From Amphiscolops sp. MND2022 (taxonomy: Eukaryota): DNA of 64,000 nucleotides. Of the stretch, positions 12,183 through 23,415 are shown one piece after another (positions within the stretch are counted from its first letter, which is position 1; every line of letters begins with the position of its first letter). The notes under the pieces are model-generated. The model did no database searches and had not been told where the DNA came from. It saw nothing but the letters and a program-made list of their open reading frames with translations. Position numbers and translations under genes: made by a program. The stretch lies in NCBI GenBank assembly GCA_964187785.1, contig OZ076417.1, positions 36,890,001 through 36,954,000 on the forward strand. Reading direction: 5' to 3'.

Positions 12183-13130
12183 TAGACTCTTGCCAAACGT
12201 TTACTAGTAATAAGAACTTGCAAGATACTGATCGAAAACTTATATCTTCTGCTAAGTTGTGCACGTTTTCCTAGATATCTTTCAAGAGTCCTCCGTCCAA
12301 ATATTTTACACGAAACTGGCAAACTTCTAACACAACTGAGTCAAGAAAAATGCATTCACTTCAAAGTTTTAGGAAGATCTGTTTCAGCAATCGTGCGAGA
12401 TTGCCGGTTTTCAACAACTGGAGAAGTGAATTCTGAAGTCAGTAGAGTTCAATCAAAACCAAAGGAGTTTTTTCAAATAAGAACCCTTTTTCAACTAGAA
12501 CGAATTAAACTTTTTGCTTAGTTTTTCAAATTGCTTTACAAACTCTTGATGCTCTTTTTTTAACTAGACAAAACCTTTCAAAATATTCATTCACAAAAAA
12601 GTATCAGGGGGCAAACGTTACCCTATTTTGCCAGTCATACAAAGGTGTTTTTTGTTTTGAAATCGATTCAAAATTTAAAATGTATTTCAAGGATGTTTGG
12701 GAACTTCCGAAATTTATCAAGCAGCACTCTCAGAAACTATTGGCCGGAAAAAACCTCCACATAAGATTTCGCAGCCATGAAACTGTTCTTTAACTTTCTA
12801 AATTTACTTTCTTTTCAAATGTAACCGAAAACAACTGTGATTTCGTCGAAACATTTTTACAAAATAATAATCAAAGATTTCCTATTTCGAGATAAACTTT
12901 CGCAGCAAATTCTTAAGGAGGGCGTCTTTAGAAAATTCAAAGGTTAGAGATCTGAATTAAAGTTACAAAGTTTGTATCAAACACGTTTTGTTAAGAATAG
13001 CGGTTCTCAAGATTTTGCACGATGCATTTCGAAAAATACAAGCATCAAAATTTAGCTAAGACATTTGATAGCTACTGACTTTCGTTTTTTTGTGAGTTCA
13101 GAACAGTAAATACTACTGTAATTCTGAACG
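12183..13130 (-). pseudogene. Second probable Maverick/Polinton polB remnant
   Basis: 12183-12560 duplicates 7540-7920; the adjacent frames weakly resemble the pPolB exonuclease region; very degraded. Confidence 0.35.
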
Positions 13131-13292
13131 AAATTGAGAAGATTTTGTACTAATGATTTTTGTGTTTGTAACTTATGTATGAATTTACTGCGAATTTCAG
13201 TTTCGAAATCAAAAATCGTTCTAGCTTTTTTTTACCCCAGTGCAATTGCTAGTCTTTTAAGCAAAGGAAGATAATGACACTGTCACGCCAGT

Positions 13293-13744
13293 TGAGCTGT
13301 TAAAAATGTGTGTTGTTATAGTTCTCATTTCTTTTATCGAGCACATAAGAAGTCTAAGATTCTTAACAGCAATTTCGTCTAAGGTGCCAAGTCAAACTAA
13401 CTAGCTAGCTATCTTTCAATATCTCAGTTAGGTTCTTCTTTCTAGAGTGGAACCGTTCTCTAGTTAGGATTCTATTTTCTCCGAGTAGATATCTTCTACA
13501 ATTATATCAATGATTATAGTTAATTTAATTGTCATGGTAATCAATCAAAAGCGACAACAGTAAAATGGATTGCTGTTGAAAATTGTCTCAAGTTATTAAT
13601 GAAGTTATCTTCAAGTGTCAGCAATCAAGTCAACTTCAATTAACTGCGAAATGAGGTGAAATCTGTTTTTATAAAAATGGGTGACTTCTAAATGTAAATA
13701 AACATATTTTAGAGTTCTTTGAGGACATGCATGTTGGCATCACA
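13293..13744 (-). repeat. 3' LTR (452 bp)
   Basis: TGAGCTG...GGCATCACA; preceded on the plus strand by the TSD CAGT. Confidence 0.95.
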
Positions 13745-13914
13745 ATCAACCAATAATTTTTGAAAATTAAAACTATATATCTGCACGTTGGAAGTGTGGA
13801 GTTCTAAAATTTTTGTTTCAAAGATTATAATCATGAGTTTTGTTCTAGAAGCGTACCATACTTAAGGAGTGAGAACAACCTAAGACGATTTGACTTCTTA
13901 CGTGAGTGACGATT

Positions 13915-16900
13915 CAAATTGGTGCAAAAGTTTCAGTTTGAAGAGGCTGACAGTTGTGTTCAAGTTCTTGATTGACAACTTGTTTACTACTATGTGCTAA
14001 TTTTCTGTCTGCCATCGGCTTGTTTGAAAAATGTTTGTACATCAACATAAGTTATTCAGAATTGAAAACTTTTTCAAGTTGAAGAAAGATTCTATGAAGT
14101 TGTCAATGAGGTGTGAACAAACAGTGGCGGGTGTTTGAACCAAAAGTGAAAAAGTTTTGAAAAGTCTAGGTTTTAAGTCAAGTTCATTTTCAATGAAGGT
14201 GACTAGTGAGCGGACGCGAAGAATTTGTTCCACAGTTGAAATGTTTCAAACGTTTGAAAAGCTGTTGTACTAAAAGATAATGAGAAAAATGTCGAAAATG
14301 TTTCACAATTGTTGAGTGGAAATTTCTGAGTGGAATATTTCAAAGAATTAAATAATTCTGTTACATGTTCTAAAGAAGGAATTTTTTGTGTACTGTAAAA
14401 AAACCTTCGAAAAAATTTTTGTTTCATAAGAAAGACTTGTGTACTGTAAAAAAAGATGGATAATAAATGTATCAGAGATTTGTATCAGATTTAGACAATT
14501 TTTGTAGTTACAGAGTAATTATAATATGCGTATTAAGAGGATTACAAAGCACTAATTAAAGGGGGTTATACGGAATTAGTTATGATAACAATAGGTGCAA
14601 ATTTGAGAATATACGAATAATAAAGGTACAAGTCACCTTTGAAGGAATGTACGTTAAGTATGTGTTAAGCTTGAAACATTAATTTCTCTGGACGAAAAGA
14701 CCAGTTGAAGCAGTGTAGAGTGACGAAGTGGGGGGGACCAGTAGAAGCAGCGAGGAGCAGCGAAGCGTCGACGACCAGTTGAAGAAGTGAAAGCTGGAAA
14801 GAGACAAGACGGATGATGTTGACCATCTGAGAAAATGCAACAAGGCAGTGAAGGAGTGTTCGTTGCTGTGTGGAGGTTTGCAAGAAGTGAAACAATGTGT
14901 TCAACTACAATCGGCATCAGAGGAAGATGAAAGAATGTTGCATAGTTGAACATGGAGAGTGAAAGTAAGTGAAGATTGAAACTCAGTAAACGTAGATGTA
15001 GAAGTCTATTTAGCAAAATGGATGAGTTCGTGGAGGATTGACTTCATGAACTTTTGGGTCGTATATCTCAATTTTTTGTGTGTATCCAAAATTGAGGAGC
15101 ATTTTGTTGAATGCGTCGCAAGCTTCAGCGATAGCGGCTCTGAAGTTTTCGTCCTTAGTTGTGAACGATGAGTTTAAAAGAAAAACTACATGGAAGCTGT
15201 TTCACAGATGGCAATTTTAGAGCCATTATTATGGAGTCGTGCATTTTGTTCCAAGTTAATGTTTTCCTTTTTTTGTTTTACAAACATTGTAGAGAACTTT
15301 GAGGAATGATCGTTTTTTAGAGATAGTTTTGCTTTAGGATCTTGAGGAGCAGCCATGCTGAAGAGTTCGATGACGAACGTTCGAGGATGTGACGACTGAA
15401 GGATGTCGTGAGAAGTTCTGGTAATAAGGGTGTACAAATGTGGGTATGGGGCAAGGAGGCAAAGGAGAAGGATAAAGAAGAATGGATGTTTCAAAAACAA
15501 AAGAAATGTGAGAAAAGTGTCAAGATATGTTCAACATATGTACGATAAGGTTTGGTGCTAAACAGTATCATATTGGGGTGCTAATGTATCTTGTATTGTT
15601 TATGTTTACATGTGAATATAACCTGTTTTTTTGTATGATTAGAATCTAGAAGAGTTTAATTGTAACATAAGAGGAAAGTAGATCAAAGTGAAAAAAACGT
15701 ATGTACCATAAGTTGGAGAAAAACTTCTATAAATTAACTGAAGAAAAAGTCAGATGATAGTTAGGAAAATTGTACCTGTATGGAAGAGTAAGACGTTAGT
15801 GTTCCAATCTAATGAAGATTAGTTGAGTTGAAAAGAGTAGTCATGGATTTAAGAGCGGATTGTATTGCTTGTGATGATTCTGTGATACGTTGTGAATCCA
15901 AGTCTAGTGATTGTAGGAGCTTGTGTGTTATGTCATAGCAATGTATTATATGAGTGAGAGTTGTGATGGGAGAGTCAGAGTAGTTTCGTTTGTACGGGTC
16001 AAATAGATGTGTAATATCGCGAAGAGTACGAATTTTGAGTACTGATGAAAATTTTTCAAGAGTATTTCGAATAGGTGAGGTAAGTTCAATAGGAGGTGGT
16101 TTATGTTTTGCTTTGTGTTCTGTTTGTATCATGTATGAGATAATTTTGACTGAGAAAAGAGCAATTCGTTATACAAGTGCGATTGTTTGGCAAGAGCGGC
16201 ATAATATGGTTTTTCGTTATCATCGAGTCGAGAAGAAACAAGTTGTTTGATGACGGTGAGAGGTTTTACAATTTTAGTAGGAATGTTGCAGAGCAACAAA
16301 AAATTATCAAATTGTATGAGATATTCTTGAGGTACAAAAAGTGGGCGTGATGTGTTATTGTAAGGAAGTAGACAGAAAAATTGTTTTATAGGATCATAGT
16401 TACGAAGACAGCCTGTTATGCGTTTGTAATCTATTGTGTATGAATGTGTCATATTGAAGGGTGAAGTGTATTTAAAATTGACAAAAAGATAGTTCTGTGG
16501 TTTGGTGTGCAGTATAACTTTTGTATATGTTTTATGATGAAAAGTTGTTTGTGAAAGTCAGAGAAATGAAGGATCAGGTTCGTCTCTTTTCAAATCATAG
16601 ATTGATGGGCGTAGAAAGTTGAACTGAAGAGAAAAGTTTTTTACTCCATTGTTGAGTCAATATTGGTATGGAGACATGATTTTAGAAGCAATTGATGTGG
16701 AAAAATCTTGTTTTTTTTGTCATATAGACGAAATGTATAGTCAGTAGAATGCATATAAAGAGAAGTCAGTTGTCCTTCAAAAATGAAATTATCTTGTGAG
16801 AGAAGTGGGATCAAGTGATCATCGCGAGTTGTAGAAAGTGAAGGTCGAGAAGGTATTTTAGGAGGAAAGATAGGTGAAGAGAGAAAGACAGGATATTTCA

Positions 16901-17598
16901 TAATTTCGTAGCGTTTTTTCGGCGGACTTGGTACTTCATGTGTAGTATCAGGAGGAGTATCAATTTTTGAAGAAGTGGAATGTTCAGTTTGTTCAATTTG
17001 TTCTGAAGAATGAGCATTTACTTGATCAAGAATTTCAAGAAAGAGAACTGGAGAGTCATTCACGGAGGTTGTGTGGTGATATCAGAAGAAGATTGTTCGA
17101 GGTGATTTAGTTGATCGAGTTGTGCTTGTCTCATTTTGAAAACTTCGGAATCTATAAAAATTACTAACGAGTAGCTTAAGCAACTTTCGTAGGTGTTTGT
17201 TTTGTCACCCGAAATGTTACTGTTGGATTATGTGGACGATGGATATGAATTTCAAGATCAATTGTGAAGGGTAGTTCAAAAGAGAGTTAAGTTGAAAGAC
17301 AAGCATTCTATTGTAGTGTTGGAAGCAGAATGATTTTAATTTTAAAAGATGGTGGAGGAAAAGGGTAATTTGATTTAGCATATACTTTGATTGGACTGTC
17401 AGTATCATCGTTGACTGAAGCGTGATCAGCTAAAGTGTCATTTTGAGTAATTAAATTGTCATTTTGGGTTGTATTGGCAGTTAAATAATTAAGTGGAGTT
17501 GGATGTTGTTCTCGTGAGGAAAGAAGTGTAGAGGTTCGGTAGTTAATTTTGGGTTGAGAAAATTGTTGCCTCTTTGGAATTAATTCGAATCTTGTCAT
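13915..17598 (-). pseudogene. Cluster of about 5-6 decayed accessory ORFs between env and the 3' LTR
   Basis: ORF pieces 17308-17598, 16641-17063, 16129-16452, 15809-16132, 15186-15500, 14654-15016 and 14042-14233; most have frame-conserved homologues in 2420-6000. Confidence 0.65.
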
Positions 17599-19969
17599 GC
17601 GAAATTTATTTGGTCGTTTTGTATAGAAAAAGGAGGGAATGTAATACCTGTTGGGTTGTTGAATGAATTTGTTGGGTTGTCGGAAAAGTTATCCAAGTTG
17701 TCACAAAAGTTATCTACCGCTTTGGAAGTTTGGAGTGCTAACTTGGGTTTTTTATGATGAATATCATTTAGGTCATTCACCATTTCAACTGTGAGGATGT
17801 TAAAAAAACCATGTGCCATAGAACTAAATATAGTAAAATTCTGTTTAAGATTGTATTGAATTGAAAATTTTTCATATTGTTTCATGATGAGTGTTGGAGT
17901 TGCTTGTACAAAAAGGATTGTAGGAAAATATATTCCACATTGAGGTAAAATGTAACATGGGTATCCAAACATTTCAATGAAAGCATCTGAAAATCATGTA
18001 GGTGTAAGAAGAGGAGTTAGATTTTTGAGTTTGTCATGTAAGCCAATACGTAAAGTATTGTAAGGATATTCATGAGGTAACTTTGCACCATAGTCAGGTG
18101 TGTTAGATGAAATGAAGGAGTAGCTAAGAGCTTTTACTAATCGTTGGAGTGTAGAATCAGAATGTTTGGAAAGAAAATTCTGTTCCAGATTTGATCAATT
18201 TCAGCATTGGAATATATGCCAGCGTCTTGGGCTGTGAAAGCATTGGGACGTTTTGTAGTTGTAATCTGAGAATGTGTCAACAATATTGGTGGTTTTCGTT
18301 CAAAAGGTTTTGGTCCAAAAATGTAAAAATCCTAATCATCAGAATCAAGGTCTAGTTCAGAAATGCAGAAATGTTTCATGGGTTTTTATCACATGCAATA
18401 GGAGAATCTAGGTGCATGAGAGTATCTTTGAAGTGTATAGGTATACGATCAAAGCATCGGTCAGCTTTGTATAAAGGAGGGAGAAAGTGTGGACAGTCAT
18501 AAAGCCAAGCAGTTGAGCCTTCAACATATAAGAAGTTACTCCGATTTCCTGTTGAAAGGAAGCTAACAAGTCGAGGATTTTGTACTGACTTTGTAAGTAT
18601 TGTAAGAAGTTGATTTCGTTCTAATTCACAAACTGTTTGAAAAGTATTTAATTCTTGTACTGTCATAGAGCAAAAAACATGATTGATAGTGTAGTCAATT
18701 TTTCATTAACCACTTATTTTAATGAATAAAGAGATATATTCTTTAATCATAGATTGAGGACTGGGTTGTCCTGTATGCATGTTGAAACCATCAGTGTATG
18801 TTACAAAAAGGTCACAGTATTGTGTAGCGTAAAGAGGGTCAGGTTTACCACAGAAAGTTTGAGCAATTGCAATATTTTCAAAACGAGAAAGACTAGGATT
18901 TTTTGGGTTTTGTGTATGTGGAGCGTGTACATAAGAATGTGCTGTACCTTTGATACCAGATGTTGCATCAGGTTCTGATGAATGTGATGAAGGTACGAAG
19001 GAATCTGTTTCAATCCAATATCGATCTTCAATTTTTGTCATGCGTCCAAGAAAATCTTGTAATGTAAAAATTAAACAAAAGTCATCACTAAACCAAACAA
19101 AAGTGAAAGGTGTTTTAATTGTTGGTTTGGAAAATCCATCTGCAAAAAAGCAGAGTAGAGGATGTCCATCGATTATCATAACATTTTCTGTATCAACATA
19201 TGTAAGTTCTATTTCAGAAATTTCTAATCGCCAACTGACTAGATTGACTTCAAAAAGATGATGAGCAAGACAGTTTTGATAAGGGTTTCCATTTGTGTCA
19301 TATATCCAATCTTTATCGGCAGGCATAAAATTAAAAGTGCTGTTTACATTTTATTCAGTTGATATACTGTAAAAAGAGTCTGAATTTGTTTTAATCGTTC
19401 CTGAAAGTAATGGTCTTCTAAAGGTGTAAACGTTTTATTGTAATCTAAGTTGTTTAATAAGTTATTTTTTGTACCATTGAGATGTCTAATAATGTTTTTA
19501 CATTCTAAGGGATCAAGTGTAACAGGAAGTGGCATAGTCTTATGGTTCGATACAGTTCGATCAACACGTCGATTTTTAACTGAGCCTTGAAAAAAATCTT
19601 TCTTTCTTTGTTGGCATGAACAACACTTTTTTAAGATTTAATGCGTTTAGCTTTTGCTCTACAATAGACTCGGGCTTTAACACTAGCGTGTTGGTTGTTT
19701 GAAGGAGCTTCTGTACATTGTTTCACATTTAATAAGTTGAATTGTCTCAGATTATGTTGTTTTTCACAATCATAGTGAGAAACCACAGAATTTGTAATAC
19801 TTGGATCATCTGATGGGAGAAAGTTTTGTGTATTTGTTGGTGTTGTAGGTATAGTAGATATGAAAGTGAAGTTGATTGAATGGAGTAAAATATTAGTTAT
19901 ATAGATGAAGGTATAGAGTTTAAAAGGAAGTTGTGGATTTATGTCCAGAGTATGGATTGTAAAATACAA
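17595..19969 (-). pseudogene. env: Envelope glycoprotein, class III fusogen-like (chuvirus G / herpes gB type), frameshifted
   Basis: N-terminal hydrophobic leader; SHYDCEKQHNLRQFNLLNVKQC; GHPLLCFFADGFSKPT; VCELERNQLLTIL..SVQNPRL..FL.TGNRSNFLYVEGSTAWLYDC...DRCFDRIPI; C-terminal TM FGYPCYILPQCGIYFPTILFVQAT. Confidence 0.7.
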
Positions 19970-20560
19970 CTTTGCAATATGTTAAAGTGGGAAGGTTAGA
20001 GTCTCGTTCAAGATCAATATGTACAACTTCAAAAGGAGCAGGAATAGTTTTGTGTTCTATTTTTGCTACGTGAAATACTGGATGTGAGTTGAAGCCTTGG
20101 AATTTGACTCTAACTTCAAACTTTAGTTCTAGAAGTTTCGAGTCCTTTAAGTTCTGTTTTTTTTTCTTTCATTAGAAACAAATCGGTATTTGTAATAATC
20201 GATCTGTGAGAACTGGAAAACGAGGATTGTTTTTTGGATCGTATATATTAATTCCGTCAACTCGAATGGGTTAGTCTGCAAAATTATGAGTTGGAGGTCT
20301 GAAATGATCTGCAGTAAAATTTTCAGGTACTCCAATATAAGCAGGGAGAAGAGTAGGTAATTTAACTTCAGAGAAAAGATTTCACGAAAAGAATGCAGTT
20401 TGAGCATCCGAAGATAGTAATGAAGGGTTCCAAGACCAGATGTAAAATATGAACATAAAGTGAATTTGGGAATTCTTGTGATGGTAGATAGTCAGAAATT
20501 TGTCTAAAAGGTTTGATAGTGATGTAGAAGGTTTTTCAAAGGGTTTTAGTGGAGGATATA
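19920..20560 (-). pseudogene. Unknown ~190-aa domain between integrase and env
   Basis: One frame with only 4 stops: FMFIFYIWSWNPSLL...VRVKFQGFNSHPVFHVAKIEHKTIPAPFEVVHIDLERDSNLPTLTYCKVVFYNPYSG. Confidence 0.55.
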
Positions 20561-21499
20561 GTTTTGAAGAATTTGTACTGATTTCTGAATTTAATTGTAA
20601 TGGAGGTAGTTGTGTATATTCAGTATCAGGAGTATATACAAGATTGATTTGAGGTTGGGGTCTTACAGTTTAATTAGCAGTAGGTTGTTTGTAATTTACG
20701 TAGCGTTCAACAGATTCAGGGTTTGTTGTATGGACTAAAGGAGTATTAATTGGTGATGGTTGAGGACGAAGAGTAAAAAGGAGTTCAGTTACTGGTGGTA
20801 TTAGAAGAGGACGATATAGAAGATGTATCAGTTATTTGTGATCTTGTTCTTTTGGACGGAGTTACAGGAGTTACATTGCGAGTTTGAGTTGTGGTAGTGA
20901 TTTGACGTTCAGTACTAGTAGATGGACTAAAAGAAGGACATATATCAGAAGAAGAGTCCAGGATTATAGTGTGTACTCTTTTTATTTTCACTTTTTCAGT
21001 TAGGCTAGATTCAGTTTCAACAATTTCTCATCACTTTTTATCGACTAGTTTTTATTGAGCCAGTCGAGTGAATGATTATTTGTAAAGTTTTGAAGGTGGT
21101 AAAAAAGTCTATATTCTATTTTTGGTTGACGTCTCAGATGACATCGAGTTTTGGTAGTTCTGACTATTGGAGGAGGAAGTAAATTAGATTGATGCCGAGG
21201 TGTCGTGATCTGTCATTAGATATGTCATTTTGAGGGGTTTTAATTATCTTTTTGAAAGATGAGTTGTTGTGTTTGACAGGTGAGCTGCCATTTAAAGAAG
21301 GACTTGTGAATTCGTGATTGGATGTAGTTGAGGGTGTAATAAGTTTTTGTGGTGAGCCTTCATGAGATAGCGATTCATTGGTATTAAAAGGGGAAGAATC
21401 ACTATTTGCATACTTTTTTTTGGTTTTGGGATGTTAAATTGGGTTGAGTCTGAAAAGCGCATAATATTACGCAACTGTGGGTACAAAAGTGGTTCTTTT

Positions 21500-22700
21500 G
21501 GGTATTATGGGATTAGGTGATTTCTATGAACATGAACTGTAGAGCCATCTTGTGGAAGAAGTTCGTATGTAACGTCAGAAAGTCTGTCAAGACTTTTATA
21601 TGGTCCATTCCGAAGCGGTTTTAGTTTGTCAGAAATAATGAACGTCAAAAAATATTCGTTTGAGAACAAAGGTGCCAATGGGACGTATTTTACTTTCATG
21701 ATAGGTTTTGGTAATACATGCATGTGAGTTTAATTTTTCGAGAGTCTTTTCATATACTGTAGAATCAACTCGTAACATTGCAGTTTCTACTGCGAGAAAC
21801 CATTGTGGAATCGGTTTTGAAGGAGTTCTGTAAAAGAAAGGATATAAATCTGTTTTGTCAAAATGAGAGTGTTCTGGAATTTGAGAACAATATTTAGAAA
21901 TACATAGTCTAGATGTGTTTCGGTTAAGGTTCAGATCAAAGGTAAGTGGTATTTTGGGTTGTGTGTGAAAAACAATTTCGTGAGGAGAAACATTGAGTTC
22001 AGAAAGAGTTTGAGAATTGTGTGCGTAAGCATACATGTGAACTTGGAATGCCCAATCTTCAGGTGTTTCGTGAAGGAACATCCGTAAGTGGGTTCCAAGA
22101 TTTCTGTTCTGTACTTCTACAAGGCCATTTGTCCAAGGGGCATAGGCTGTTTTATGTGAGTGTCTAATTCCAATAAGTGTACAAAGGGGTGCAATTTCGT
22201 TATTGACATATTTTGATCCTCGATCAGTAACAAGGTATATGGGTGGACCAAATTTAACAGTCCAATGGTGTAAAAGAGTTTTTGTTGCTGTTTTAGCGTT
22301 ATTTGCCTTAATTGGTACTGTAACAACAAAGTGACTGTAAGCATCAAGTATAACATGTATGTAGGATTTGTTGTGTGGAGGAGGGTTGAAAGGTCTTTTT
22401 GTATCCATAGAAATGCGGTAGTTGAAAGACGGAGCATGTTCTGAAAAGAATTGCGTAGGAGCAGTTTGGATTTTCATTTTGAAGTGTTTTTTTGCGTTGA
22501 TATACAATACAGTCATGTATGAAATTGGAGAGCCACTTTTCAAGATATGGAATATTGTAATATCAAGGGATTGTATTGTAGGTGATTTTGATACCTGTTT
22601 GAGAGTGTTCAAGGAGTTTTTAAAGACAGTTCGAAACATTCGAAAAGGAAAACAGATTCAGATAGTATCGCGTATGATTTTGGATAAGAGGTATGGTTTG
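21500..22700 (-). pseudogene. pol: Integrase (rve core plus GPY/F motif)
   Basis: ORF 21629-22639 has the D(VILDAYS), D(VTDRGS), E(GLVEVQN) triad; KLKPLRNGPYK...HRNHLIP in ORF 21505-21723. Confidence 0.95.
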
Positions 22701-23415
22701 TTGCAGGAGACTTTGTTTTTGTTGTTTATAGGCTGAAAAAGTTTGTGGAATCTTCAATACAAAGGTACGAAAATCTTTTGTATTATGCATGTAAGAAAGG
22801 AGTGCCAGTAATGAGGGGTATGAGAAATTCAGGTTTATCTTTTCAGGTGTTTACCAAGAATATACAGTTCTAAGAACTGGATCTTGGGATTGTTGTTGTT
22901 GAAGAATATTGATATCCAATGAGTAATCATCGGGAAGAAAGAAACCTTGAAAGTAATTTTTGTACTTAAAAAAGGAAGTATCATAAAAAGGTATTCTTTG
23001 TGAAGAATTTGTTTCAGGTCGAGAAGATGTTTGTACGTTTATTGCAGATGTGAATTCTTGTGGAGTGGTGGACGTTGGTTTTTTGATAGTGGATTAGGTT
23101 TTTTCATGTAAGGTTTTTTCGGTAATAAAAGATGAGTTTTGTTTGGGAATTCTAGTGAAAATGTGTTTTTCACCGTCACTTGTAATATCAGTCTCATTGA
23201 GTAAAAGAGGTTGTTGATGAAGAAATTTATTGTTATTTTTGATAGGTGTTTGAATTTTGATTGAAATGGAGTTACAGATTTAAAAGGAGTTTAGAGGTTT
23301 GGCAACAAAGTCATTTCCTTTATCATTGATAGGTAATGAAAATTGATCGGTAACATAACCAGCGAGAATTAGATGAGAGTCAATTTTTGATGTGGCAAGA
23401 CTTCATTTTGTTTAT

